The notes under the pieces were generated by a model, which saw only the letters and a program-made list of their open reading frames with translations, had not been told where the DNA came from and did no database searches. The translations under genes and the position numbers were made by a program. Positions 39,678 through 49,242 of a stretch of DNA of 64,000 nt are shown piece after piece; positions within the stretch are counted from its first letter, which is position 1, and each line of letters opens with the position of its first letter. The DNA is from Alphaproteobacteria bacterium. Its GTDB lineage: Bacteria > Pseudomonadota > Alphaproteobacteria > UBA828. The stretch is from contig CBDCQT010000007.1 in NCBI GenBank assembly GCA_965220745.1, positions 256,001 to 320,000 of the forward strand, given 5' to 3'.

Positions 39678-40793
39678 ATGGCGCCGGTCTACTACCACAC
39701 GGGCCGATTCCCACCCGAGGGACGCCTGGATTGGCCTGCGCTGATTCCGTTCATCGGTCCCGCGGCGGCCGCGGTGGCGCGCTACGACGGAACGCTCGCT
39801 GCCATTCCGAATCCACGTATCTTGCTGGCTCCCTTGATGACTCGAGAGGCAGTGCTCTCCTCTCGCATTGAAGGTACCCAAGCGACGATGGGTGAAGTCC
39901 TCGGGTTCGAGGCCGGACAGGAGCCCGATTCGCCCGCACGTCGTGACGATATTTGGGAGGTGCTCAACTACCGTGCCGCGATGCGACGGGCGGAAGAGAT
40001 GTTGGGGAAGCTGCCGCTGTCACAACGAGTGATCCGCGAAGCGCATTCCGTGCTGCTTTCCAGGGTACGCGGCGAGGGCAAGTTGCCGGGCGAGTACCGG
40101 AAGACTCCGAACTGGATCGGAGCACCTGGCTGCTCCCTTGAAGAGGCCAAGTTTGTTCCCATCGGAGCGGATAGGCTTCCAGACGCAATGAGCGCGTGGG
40201 AACGATACATCCATCAGGAGTCCCCCGACCGGCTGATCAAGCTCGCAATCCTGCACGCCGAATTCGAGGCTCTGCATCCGTTCCTCGACGGTAATGGGCG
40301 GCTCGGGCGGATGCTGGTGCCGTTGCTGCTTTGGCAAGACGGGCTTATCCGAGAGCCGACGTTCTACATTAGCGCTTACTTCGAGGCTCACCGCGACGGC
40401 TATTACGATAGTCTGCTCGCCGTCTCTCGCGACGATGATTGGACCGGATGGTGCAGATTTTTCTTGGAAGCCGTGCGATTGCAGGCCGAGGACAACCTGA
40501 TCAAGGCGAAGGGCATCATTTCCCTTTACGAGGACTTGAAGCGTCGCGTGCCGGAACTGACCCGTTCTCGCTACGCGATCCACTCGTTGGACTGGATTTT
40601 CGGGCACCCGATATTCAGAACTTCCGACTTCGCGGCCGGGACCGGCATGTCCGGAAGAACAGCGCGGCGAATTCTGGACGCTCTGTGCGAAGGCGACGTT
40701 CTTCAGGTCTTAGTCCCTAGTAGCGGCCGTCGAACGTCCGTTCTCGCGTTCCCCGACCTCCTGAGCCTCACGGATAGCGAGGCGGAGATTTGA
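39678..40793 (+). CDS. Fic family protein (Fic_N/DUF4172 + Fic + C-terminal wHTH-like)
   Basis: EAVLSSRIEGT, PGEYR, HPFLDGNGRLGR canonical Fic motif; somewhat lower GC than the flanks. Confidence 0.92.
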   Translation: MAPVYYHTGRFPPEGRLDWPALIPFIGPAAAAVARYDGTLAAIPNPRILLAPLMTREAVLSSRIEGTQATMGEVLGFEAGQEPDSPARRDDIWEVLNYRAAMRRAEEMLGKLPLSQRVIREAHSVLLSRVRGEGKLPGEYRKTPNWIGAPGCSLEEAKFVPIGADRLPDAMSAWERYIHQESPDRLIKLAILHAEFEALHPFLDGNGRLGRMLVPLLLWQDGLIREPTFYISAYFEAHRDGYYDSLLAVSRDDDWTGWCRFFLEAVRLQAEDNLIKAKGIISLYEDLKRRVPELTRSRYAIHSLDWIFGHPIFRTSDFAAGTGMSGRTARRILDALCEGDVLQVLVPSSGRRTSVLAFPDLLSLTDSEAEI

Positions 40794-40885
40794 CGGTCAT
40801 CCATGACCAACAACACTCATTGTTGGTCACTTTTTAGAAAAGGTGTCCAACAACCGAATTTTCCGGCCACAGGTGACCGACAAAT
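40789..40885. repeat. Array of alternating TGACCAACAA-like half-sites downstream of fic
   Basis: TGACCAACAA 40804, TTGTTGGTCA 40820, TGTCCAACAA 40844, TGACCGACAA 40874, plus degenerate inverted copies near 40789 and 40860. Confidence 0.55.
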
Positions 40886-41035
40886 TGGGGTCTTTCGGCG
40901 GCTCCTTTCATTCCAACGGAATGGCGCTACCTCATCACAAGGACGGAGCGCCATCAAACGCGAGCACGACATCCGGTTGTCACCCCCGCGCCGCTTTGCG
41001 ATGATCGGGACGAGCCCGGCGGCTCAAGGATTGGT

Positions 41036-41620
41036 GTGATGAACAGTGGCGGCGAGCAAGGCGCGGGCCCCTATCTGGAGGGGCAGTTGCTGGTCGCCAT
41101 GCCGACGATGGCGGACCCGCGTTTCGCGCACACCGTCATCTACATGTGCGCCCATTCGGAAGACGGCGCGATGGGCCTCGTCGTCAACAAGCTCCTCGAA
41201 TCGCTCAGCTTCTCGGACCTGCTCGAACAGCTTGAAATCGAGCCCGCGCACGAGAGCAAGCCCATCCCGGTGCATTTCGGCGGCCCGGTCGAGGCCGCGC
41301 GCGGCTTCGTCCTCCACTCCACCGACTACACTCACGAAGCCACCATGCAAGTGGATGACGGCTTCTCGCTTACCGCCACCATCGATGTTCTGAAGGCCAT
41401 GGCAGAGGGCCGCGGCCCGCGCCTCAGCATGCTGGCTTTGGGCTATGCGGGCTGGGCGCCGGGCCAGCTCGACCGCGAGATGCAGGAGAACGGCTGGCTC
41501 ACCGTGCCGGCGGACGAAGAGCTGGTCTTCGACGAGGCCCAAGACGCCAAGTGGGAGCGTGCCGTCGGCCGCCTCGGGTTCGACCCCGGCAACCTCTCAG
41601 GCTTCGCTGGCAGGGCCTAA
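41036..41620 (+). CDS. YqgE/AlgH family protein
   Basis: GQLLVAMP.M.DPRF, GAMGLVVN, GGPV, LGYAGWAPGQL. Confidence 0.93.
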   Translation: MMNSGGEQGAGPYLEGQLLVAMPTMADPRFAHTVIYMCAHSEDGAMGLVVNKLLESLSFSDLLEQLEIEPAHESKPIPVHFGGPVEAARGFVLHSTDYTHEATMQVDDGFSLTATIDVLKAMAEGRGPRLSMLALGYAGWAPGQLDREMQENGWLTVPADEELVFDEAQDAKWERAVGRLGFDPGNLSGFAGRA

Positions 41621-41639
41621 TCCCGACTACTCGCCACGC

Positions 41640-42224
41640 TCACGGCTTGCGCGGCGCAATCGTCGCGTAAAGCAGGTGATCCTGCCACTGGCCTGCGATC
41701 TTGAGGTAGGCGCGCGCGTACCCCTCGCAGCGGAACCCGGTCTTCTCCAGCAGCTTTCGGCTGGCGGTGTTCTTCGGCATGCACGCGGCCTCGACCCGGT
41801 GCAGGCCCAGCGGCCCGAAGCAATGGCCGAGCAGGCCGGTGAGCGCCTCGCTCATGTGGCCATGCCGCGCATGGGGCCGTCCGATCCAGTAGCCGACGCT
41901 GCAGGACTGCGCCGCGCCACGCTGCACGTTGCTGAGAGTCATCCCGCCGAGCAGCGCGTCGTCCCTGCGGCGGAACAGAAAGAAGGCGTAGCCCAGATCG
42001 TCCTGGCCGTCGCGCAATTGGCGGCGGATGCGGCGGCGAAAGGTGCTGCGGGTCAGCGCGTCGCTCGGCCAGGTCGGCTCCCACGGGCTCAGGAACTCGC
42101 GCGAGAGCGCCCGGAGCTCGGCCCAGGCCCGCCAATCCCGCATCTGCGGCGGCCGGAGGTAGAGCGAGCGCGTCTCCACCGTCGCCTCGCGCGTGGAATC
42201 GTTGGCGGGGCGGAGGAACGCCAT
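41640..42224 (-). CDS. rimJ: RimJ-like GNAT N-acetyltransferase
   Basis: FLSPWEPTW, VGYWIG, LHRVEAAC.P.N..S, WQDHLLYA. Confidence 0.85.
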   Translation of the reverse strand: MAFLRPANDSTREATVETRSLYLRPPQMRDWRAWAELRALSREFLSPWEPTWPSDALTRSTFRRRIRRQLRDGQDDLGYAFFLFRRRDDALLGGMTLSNVQRGAAQSCSVGYWIGRPHARHGHMSEALTGLLGHCFGPLGLHRVEAACMPKNTASRKLLEKTGFRCEGYARAYLKIAGQWQDHLLYATIAPRKP

Positions 42225-42523
42225 CAGCCGGGCACCCTGATCCTGAACGCGTAGGTGCCGGCATCCTCTTGCCAGCCCTTGAGCTCGAACGGCGTGGTCT
42301 CGCAGAAGTGCTTGAAGTCGATCACCGCGGCCGGGTCAGTCGCGAGCACCTCCAGCGTCGCGCCGGGGGCGAGGCGCTTCAATGCCTTTCGCGCCTTGAG
42401 CACCGGCAGCGGGCACATCAAGCCGCGCACGTCGAGGGTCTCGTCCGCACCGGGCCGAACATCGGGCACGGCATCCGGCGGCCGTCCGATCGGCTCAGGC
42501 GAAGCGGGCGGCGATCGAGTCAT
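42224..42523 (-). CDS. tusA: Sulfurtransferase TusA family protein
   Basis: LDVRGLMCPLPVLK, VLATDP...DF; TGATG coupling to rimJ; start uncertain. Confidence 0.82.
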   Translation of the reverse strand: MTRSPPASPEPIGRPPDAVPDVRPGADETLDVRGLMCPLPVLKARKALKRLAPGATLEVLATDPAAVIDFKHFCETTPFELKGWQEDAGTYAFRIRVPG

Positions 42524-43754
42524 GACCTTCGAGCCTTGCGATGGGGCCGAGCGCGGCCACCGTGGGGCGGCCACCCTGCAGGATGCGGCACGCGGTGCGC
42601 TGTACCGCCTCGCGGTCGACTGCATCGACGCGCTCGATCAGCTCGGCGATCGTGAGCGGCCGGCCGAACAGAAGGATATGGCGGCCCAGTCGCTCCGCCC
42701 GCGCCTGGGTACTCTCGAGGGACATCAGCAGCCCGGCCTTGAGCTGGGCGCGGGCGCGGGCCACTTCCTCGTCGCCCACCGTGGCGCACGCGTTGACCAG
42801 CTCGTCCGCCATCACCGGGATCAGCTCCGCAAGCTCGTCCTCGCCGGCGCCGGCATAAACGCCGAAGATGCCGCCGTCGGCGTAGCTGGAGGCGAAGGTG
42901 AAGACCGAGTAGGCCAGGCCGCGCCGCTCCCGGATTTCCTGGAAGAGCCGCGACGACATGCCGCCGCCGAGCAAAGTCGACATCACCTGCAGCGCGTAGA
43001 AATCGTCGTCGTCGTAGGCGAGGCCGTCGAAGCCGATGAGCAGGTGCGCCTGCTCCAGATCGCGCGCGATGCGGCAATCGCCGCCGCTATAGACCGCAAC
43101 CGCAGGCGCCGGCACCGGGCCTTCCGGCAGCGCGGTGAAGGCTGCTTCCGCCGCCGCGACCAGCGCGTCGTGATCGACCCGTCCCGAGCCGACCAGCACC
43201 ATGCGCTGCGCCCGGTAATGCGCGTCCATGTAGGCCGCGAGCGCCTCCCGCGAATAGGAGCCTACGCGCTCGGGCGGGCCCAGGATCGTTCGGCCGATAG
43301 GCTGGTCCGGATAGGCGGTCTCCTGAAAGCGGTCGAACACGAGATCGTCCGGCGTGTCGTTGACTTGGGCTATCTCCTGAATCACCACCGCACGCTCGCG
43401 CTCCAACTCCTCCTCATCGAAGGTCGAGTGCTGGAGGATGTCCGCCAACAGGTCGAGCGCCAGCGGCACGTCCTCCTTCATCACCTTGGCGTAATAGGCG
43501 GTGGTCTCACGCGAGGTGTAGGCGTTGAGATGGCCGCCCACCGCCTCGATCTCCTCGGCGATGTCGCGCGCGCTCCGCCGCTCGGTGCCCTTGAAGGCCA
43601 TGTGCTCCAGCAGGTGCGAGAGCCCGTTGGTCTCTTCCGTCTCGCAGCGCGCGCCGACATCGACCCAGAGCCCGACCGAGGCCGTCTCCACGTGGTCCAC
43701 GGGATCGCTGACCACCCTGAGTCCGTTGGCGAGCGGCGTTATCTGTACGCTCAC
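42495..43754 (-). CDS. M16 family (pitrilysin/MPP-like) zinc peptidase
   Basis: HLLEHMAFKGT, LNAYTSRE, LGGGMSSRLFQEIRE. Confidence 0.93.
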   Translation of the reverse strand: MSVQITPLANGLRVVSDPVDHVETASVGLWVDVGARCETEETNGLSHLLEHMAFKGTERRSARDIAEEIEAVGGHLNAYTSRETTAYYAKVMKEDVPLALDLLADILQHSTFDEEELERERAVVIQEIAQVNDTPDDLVFDRFQETAYPDQPIGRTILGPPERVGSYSREALAAYMDAHYRAQRMVLVGSGRVDHDALVAAAEAAFTALPEGPVPAPAVAVYSGGDCRIARDLEQAHLLIGFDGLAYDDDDFYALQVMSTLLGGGMSSRLFQEIRERRGLAYSVFTFASSYADGGIFGVYAGAGEDELAELIPVMADELVNACATVGDEEVARARAQLKAGLLMSLESTQARAERLGRHILLFGRPLTIAELIERVDAVDREAVQRTACRILQGGRPTVAALGPIARLEGHDSIAARFA

Positions 43755-45166
43755 GCCACGCACTCCCGCTGCGGCGCGTGGACCCGGTCGCGGATGAAGC
43801 GCGTGAGCAGGGCCGCATCCACGGGCAGCTCAGTCACCCTTTCCGGCTTCGCCGCGAGCGCCGCAAGCCTGGGCGGCAGGGCCGGGGACACGCCGATGGC
43901 GCGCTCGATGGCGTCGGGGAACTTGGCGGCGTGCGCGGTCGCCAGGCTCACCATCGGCGCCGCGCCGGCGCCGTGGAAGCGGGCGGCGTGGACGCCTGCC
44001 GCGCTGTGCGGGTCGATCATGCGCCCGCTTTCGCGCCACACCTTCGCGATGGTGGCGAGGCAGGCATCGTCGTCGGCGCGCGCGGCGGCGAAGACGGCCT
44101 TGGCCTGCGCCAGCCGGGCGCCGCGTAGGGTGAATTCGCCGTGCTCGGCAAGCTCGGCCATCAGCGCGCACACGGCGGCGCCGTCGCGGCCCGAGAGGTC
44201 AGACAGCAGCCGCTCGAAGTTGCTCGCCACCTGAATGTCCATGCTGGGGCTCAGCGTCCTGTGGACCGTCCCCTTGCGGTAAAGGCCAGTCTCGAAGAAG
44301 CGGGCGAGAATGTCGTTCCGATTTGTGGCGACCACGAGGCGTTCGATCGGCACGCCCATCTGCTGCGCCGCGTAGCCCGCATAGACGTTGCCGAAGTTGC
44401 CGGTGGGCACGGTGAAGGAGACCGCGCGGCCCGGCGCGCCTAGGGCGAGCGCTGCATAGACGTAGTAGGCGGTCTGCGCCGCGACACGCGCCCAGTTGAT
44501 CGAGTTGACTGCCGCGAGCCCGATCTCGTCGCGAAGCGCGAGGTCCGCGAAGAGCGCCTTCACCAGCGCTTGGCAGTCGTCGAAGGTGCCGGCGATGGCG
44601 ACGTTGTGGACGTTGGGCTCGGCGGCGCACGTCATCTGGCGGCGCTGCATCTCGGAGACCCGGCCCGCCGGGTGGAGCACGACCACCGAAAGCGCCTCGC
44701 GGCCGCGGAAGGCCTCGATTGCCGCAGCCCCCGTGTCGCCCGAGGTGGCGGCGAGGATCGTCGCCGTCCGCCCGCGCTTCGCCAGCACGGCGTCCAGCAG
44801 GCGTGCCACCATCTGCAGCGCAAAGTCCTTGAAGGCGAGGGTCGGCCCGTGGAACAGCTCCAGCAGCCATTGGTCGGGGCCGAGCTGCACCAGCGGCGCC
44901 GTCGCGGGGTGATCGAAGCCGGCGTAGCTCTCAACCGCGATGGCATTGAGCTGCTTGCGTGAGAAGGCGCGCCCGGTGAACTCGGCCATGACGGCGGCGG
45001 CGACCTCCGCATAGGGCTGGCCGCAGAGCGCCGTGAGCGCATTGTTGTCGAGGGACGGCCAGCGCTCAGGGATGTAGAGGCCGCCGTCGCGGGCGAGGCC
45101 CTGGAGCAGGGCGTGTTCGAACGAGACCGTCTGCCCACCGGTCTGCCGCGTGCTGATGTAGCGCAA
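43751..45166 (-). CDS. thrC: Threonine synthase
   Basis: MRYISTR, ELFHGPTLAFKD, ATSGDTG, NSINWAR, VPTGNFGN, SPSMDIQ. Confidence 0.96.
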   Translation of the reverse strand: MRYISTRQTGGQTVSFEHALLQGLARDGGLYIPERWPSLDNNALTALCGQPYAEVAAAVMAEFTGRAFSRKQLNAIAVESYAGFDHPATAPLVQLGPDQWLLELFHGPTLAFKDFALQMVARLLDAVLAKRGRTATILAATSGDTGAAAIEAFRGREALSVVVLHPAGRVSEMQRRQMTCAAEPNVHNVAIAGTFDDCQALVKALFADLALRDEIGLAAVNSINWARVAAQTAYYVYAALALGAPGRAVSFTVPTGNFGNVYAGYAAQQMGVPIERLVVATNRNDILARFFETGLYRKGTVHRTLSPSMDIQVASNFERLLSDLSGRDGAAVCALMAELAEHGEFTLRGARLAQAKAVFAAARADDDACLATIAKVWRESGRMIDPHSAAGVHAARFHGAGAAPMVSLATAHAAKFPDAIERAIGVSPALPPRLAALAAKPERVTELPVDAALLTRFIRDRVHAPQRECVA

Positions 45167-45369
45167 GCCGCGCTCTCCGTGCTGGTGCGCCCTCGTCCCG
45201 CCCTGGCCAGACTATACGCGCCCGCTGCCGGCCGGCAAGGAAGGGCCGGCTTGGCAGGGAATTTCGCCATTTGGCCGGGGCGCCCGAGGGTTGTACGCTG
45301 CGCCCGCGGCCTGGGGCGGCCACTGAGCCGGCCAGCGGCGCGCATGAGCGATTCAAGGGAGACACACAC

Positions 45370-46974
45370 ATGCTTCGATCGTTGCGAACGGTGGCCCTGG
45401 CAGGCGCCGCCACGGTGGCCGGCGCCGCGTTGGCGTTGGGCGCTCTCGACACCAAACCCGCCAAGGCCGAAAGCGGTGGCACGCTGATCTGGTCGATCCC
45501 GGCGGCGATGAGCCTGTTCGATCCGCCGCAGTCCTGCGGCTGGCTCACCAAGAACGCCACCCACATGATCTTCGACGGCCTGGTCGAGCTTGAGCTCGGC
45601 AAGCCGGAGAAGGGCTGGGCGACGCTCCGGCCGGCTCTCGCCGAGTCCTGGACCGTCTCCGAGGACGGCAAGACCTACACCTTCAACCTGCGCAAGGGCG
45701 TGAAGTTCCACGACGGCACGCCGTTCAACGCCGAGGTGGCGAAGTGGAACTACGACCGCTTCTCCAACCCCGACGCGCCGCAGTACAACGAGGTGGCCAA
45801 CGCCTACCTGAACTTCTATGCGCGCTGGATCGAGTCCACTCGCGCGGTCGACGAGAACACCTTCGAGATCGTTCTCACCCAGCCGCACTACGAGTGGCTG
45901 CAGATCGGCCAGTCCTCCTGCGGGCAGCCCGAGATGATCAGCCCGACCGCGTGGGAGATTCACGGCGATCAAGACATCGCGCTCCACCCGGTCGGCACCG
46001 GGCCGTTCAAGTTCGTCGAGCGTGAGATCGACGTGATGGTCGTGCTCGAGCGCAACGACGACTACTACGGCGAGCCGGCCAAGCTCGACTACATGGTCTA
46101 TCGCCAGATCACCGACCCGGCGACGCGCATCGCGGCGCTCAGGGCCGGCGAGATCAACATGGTCACCGAGCCCACCTGGGACGAGATCGAGAACCTGGTG
46201 GACGAGGGCTTCCAGCTCCTGCTGCAGCCCAACGTGCCCTCGGTCTGGTACGCCGCATTCAACATGAAGCACCCGGCGCTTCAGGACGTGCGCGTGCGCA
46301 AGGCGATCAACATGGCGATCGACCGTGAGGGCGTGGCCCGCGAAGTGCTGAGAGGCACCGGCAAGGCCGAGCACGGCATGCTGTCCGCCGGCACCTTCGC
46401 CTACGATCCCGACTACAACCCCTATCCCTACGACCCCGAGGGCGCGAAGGCGCTGCTGGCCGAGGCCGGCTACGGGGACGGCGGGCTGGAGCTCACCTTC
46501 GAGATCTTCGACTACGGCTGGAACGAGGCCTGGGAGAAGTGGATGCAGCGCGACCTCAAGAAGGTCGGCATCGACCTCAAGCTGAACAAGCTGGAGTGGA
46601 TGACCTATCTCGGCAAGTGGCTCCAGGGCATGCCCGAGACCGTGGCGATGAACAGCATGGGCTGGGGCTGGTCGGTACCTTACTGGACCGCCCACGCCAC
46701 CCGTTGCGACCATCATCCGCCGAACGGCATCAATGGCGGCTGGTACTGCAACGAGAAGGTCGATGCGCTCTATCAGCAGGCGATCCAGACCGAGGATCAG
46801 GCTGAGGCCACGAAGCTCTATCGCGAGGCCAACCGCATCATCATGGAAGAGGACGTCGCCTTCGTGCCGGTGTTCAGCTACCACAATCCGATCGTTCTGG
46901 CGCCCAACGTGAAGGGCTTCGTGAACGGTCAGGAGAACTGGTACGACTACACCCTGCCCTGGGTTGAGGAGTAG
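45370..46974 (+). CDS. Peptide/nickel-family ABC substrate-binding protein (SBP family 5)
   Basis: Signal peptide, PALAESWTVSEDGKTYTFNLRKGVKFHDGTPFNA, PVGTGPFK. Confidence 0.93.
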   Translation: MLRSLRTVALAGAATVAGAALALGALDTKPAKAESGGTLIWSIPAAMSLFDPPQSCGWLTKNATHMIFDGLVELELGKPEKGWATLRPALAESWTVSEDGKTYTFNLRKGVKFHDGTPFNAEVAKWNYDRFSNPDAPQYNEVANAYLNFYARWIESTRAVDENTFEIVLTQPHYEWLQIGQSSCGQPEMISPTAWEIHGDQDIALHPVGTGPFKFVEREIDVMVVLERNDDYYGEPAKLDYMVYRQITDPATRIAALRAGEINMVTEPTWDEIENLVDEGFQLLLQPNVPSVWYAAFNMKHPALQDVRVRKAINMAIDREGVAREVLRGTGKAEHGMLSAGTFAYDPDYNPYPYDPEGAKALLAEAGYGDGGLELTFEIFDYGWNEAWEKWMQRDLKKVGIDLKLNKLEWMTYLGKWLQGMPETVAMNSMGWGWSVPYWTAHATRCDHHPPNGINGGWYCNEKVDALYQQAIQTEDQAEATKLYREANRIIMEEDVAFVPVFSYHNPIVLAPNVKGFVNGQENWYDYTLPWVEE

Positions 46975-46996
46975 GGATCGCGGATAGCAGCGAGTG

Positions 46997-47023
46997 GGCC
47001 GCCGGGCGCAACGCCCGGCGGCC
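46997..47023 (+). terminator. GC-rich stem-loop after the SBP gene (mRNA stabiliser or weak terminator)
   Basis: Perfect 12-bp stem GGCCGCCGGGCG-CAA-CGCCCGGCGGCC, no U-tract. Confidence 0.5.
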
Positions 47024-47108
47024 GGCTGCTTGTGCGACATCCGACCAGACGGGATCGTAACCCTTTGCATCACGGTCCCCCATTTCGCATGAAATGCGGC
47101 TCTAGAAA

Positions 47109-47220
47109 CCCCCACCTCACCCCGGCCCTCTCCGCCCCCAGGGGCGGAGAGGGAGAGTTGGCGTTGCCGCTTACGTACCCCCTCCGCCCTCTGGGGGGAG
47201 GGGGACAGGGGGAGGTGGGT
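47109..47220. repeat. Double-hairpin palindromic element (family D; RIME/CIR-like CCCTCTCC...GGAGAGGG type)
   Basis: Outer CCCACCTC/GAGGTGGG; inner perfect CCCTCTCCGCCCC-CA-GGGGCGGAGAGGG; second degenerate inner hairpin. Confidence 0.7.
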
Positions 47221-47339
47221 ACGGGCCGCCCTGATTCCGCTGGGGTCGCAGGGTGCTCCAGTGGCGGAGGGCTGCGCCGCAGCGACCGAGTGTCCGTTAG
47301 CGTGATTGTTCGCTTGCCGATGGGAGGCGCCGCCGCTCC

Positions 47340-48308
47340 ATGACGCGGTTCATCGTCATGCGCCTCCTCACGATCGTCCCGATCATGTTCGGGGTGTCGT
47401 TCTTCGTCTTCATCCTGGCCCACCTCGCGCCGGGCGACGTCACCACGACGCTGACGGGGCCTTATGCGACCGAGGAGACGCGCGAGCAGATCCGCGAATC
47501 CCTCGGCCTCAACGAGCCCATCCCGGTCCAGTACGGCAAGTGGCTGAGCCACATCCTCCAAGGCGAGTTTGGCAAGTCCATCGCCAACCGGCGCATGGTC
47601 GCCGAACTGATCTTCCCGAAGTTCGCGAACTCCCTGATCCTGGCGCTGACCAGCGCGGCACTGGCCTACGTCATCGGACTCTTCGCCGGCATCTTCGCGG
47701 CCTCCAGGCCCTACGGCTATTTCGACCGATTTACCATCGCCGGCACCCTCATGTTCGGCAGCATTCCGCCCTACTGGTTCGGGCTGCTGCTGGTGCTGCT
47801 GTTCTCGCTGACCTGGCGCTGGCTGCCGGCGACCGGCATGACCAAGATCGTGGGCGGCGGCGGGCCGATCGACGTGATTCTGCATCTGATCCTGCCAACC
47901 ATCGCCGCGGGCGCCGCGCCCGCGGCCATCATCGCGCGCACCGTGCGCGCGACCATGCTCGAGATCCTGAGCCAGAACTACATCAAGGTCGCCCGCGCCA
48001 AGGGCATCCGGCGCGGCGTGATCCTGCGCAAGCACGCGCTCCGCAACGCGCTGCCGCCGATTGCCACGATCTGCGGCCTGCAGCTGGGCTACCTGCTGGG
48101 CGGCGTGCTCTTCGTCGAGGTGATCTTCGCCTGGCCCGGTATCGGCTATCAGCTCTGGCAGGCGATCCAGGCGCGCGACATCCCCACCATCCAGGGCGCC
48201 TCGCTGATCATCGGGGTCGCCTTCGTGCTGGTGAACCTCGCAGTCGACGTGTTCAACGCATACACCGACCCGAAGATCCGCATCTCCGAGGGAGTGCGCT
48301 CGCGATGA
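47340..48308 (+). CDS. DppB-like ABC permease
   Basis: LGLNEPIPVQY, YIKVARAKG, KHALRNAL, VEVIFAWPGIG. Confidence 0.93.
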   Translation: MTRFIVMRLLTIVPIMFGVSFFVFILAHLAPGDVTTTLTGPYATEETREQIRESLGLNEPIPVQYGKWLSHILQGEFGKSIANRRMVAELIFPKFANSLILALTSAALAYVIGLFAGIFAASRPYGYFDRFTIAGTLMFGSIPPYWFGLLLVLLFSLTWRWLPATGMTKIVGGGGPIDVILHLILPTIAAGAAPAAIIARTVRATMLEILSQNYIKVARAKGIRRGVILRKHALRNALPPIATICGLQLGYLLGGVLFVEVIFAWPGIGYQLWQAIQARDIPTIQGASLIIGVAFVLVNLAVDVFNAYTDPKIRISEGVRSR

Positions 48309-49231
48309 CCGACGCGCCGGGCCTCCACGGCCAGTCGATGCGGCAGCGCTCAGCGGCCGAGCTCCGGCGCGAGAACCTCCACATCATGTGGCGGACGCTG
48401 ACGCTCGCCTGGCATGCTTATGCCAAGGACAAGGCCGCGGTGGGCGCGCTGATCTTCATGATCATCGTGGTGCTGATCGCGATCTTCGCGCCCTACATCA
48501 GCCCGCACGACCCGACCGAGGCGGTCGGCACCCGCGGCGGCCTGCCGGGGACCGACGGCCTCCTCCTTGGCGGCGACATGGATGGCCGCGACATGCTCTC
48601 CCGCCTCTTCTGGGGGGGGCGGGTGTCGCTGCTCATCGGCGTCGTGCCGACCGTGGCGGCTACCTTCATCGCCGTCGTGCTCGGCCTCTTCGCCGGCTAC
48701 ATCGGCGGCTGGGCTGACCAGGTGGTGATGCGCATCCTCGATGTCTTCTTCGCCTTTCCGCTGGTGCTGCTCGCCATCGTCATCGCCGGCATCCTGGACC
48801 CCGGCGTCGCCACGCTGATCCTCTCCATCACCGTGGCGCTCGTGCCCTACATCGCGCGCCTGGTGCGAACCACCACGGTCTCGGTCAAGCAGGAGCCCTA
48901 TATCGAGGCCGCGCGCGCCGGCGGCGCCACCACACCCACCATCCTCACCCGCTATATCCTGCCCAACATGCTGGCGCCGGTGATCGTCTACTCGACCACG
49001 CTGATCGGGCTCATGATGGTGGTGGGCTCCGGCCTCTCCTTCCTCGGCCTCGGCATCCAGCCGCCGGACGCCGACTGGGGCACGATGGTCTCCGACGGCC
49101 GCGCGGTGCTGAAGAGGGCGCCGCACGCGACCGCCTTCCCCGGCTTCGTCATCGTCATTGTGTCGCTCGCCTTCTCCTTCATCGGCGACGGCCTGCGCGA
49201 TGCGCTCGACCCGCGCGCCAGGGTGCGCTGA
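48305..49231 (+). CDS. DppC-like ABC permease
   Basis: GRDMLSR, YIEAARAGG, ILPN, LSFLGLG, GDGLRDALDPR; ATGA overlap. Confidence 0.93.
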   Translation: MTDAPGLHGQSMRQRSAAELRRENLHIMWRTLTLAWHAYAKDKAAVGALIFMIIVVLIAIFAPYISPHDPTEAVGTRGGLPGTDGLLLGGDMDGRDMLSRLFWGGRVSLLIGVVPTVAATFIAVVLGLFAGYIGGWADQVVMRILDVFFAFPLVLLAIVIAGILDPGVATLILSITVALVPYIARLVRTTTVSVKQEPYIEAARAGGATTPTILTRYILPNMLAPVIVYSTTLIGLMMVVGSGLSFLGLGIQPPDADWGTMVSDGRAVLKRAPHATAFPGFVIVIVSLAFSFIGDGLRDALDPRARVR

Positions 49232-49242
49232 GGGGTGGCATC

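Noticed and set aside
45251-45267. Sigma54 promoter candidates (also 38224-38240)
   Set aside because: The GG-N10-GC spacing is not satisfied.
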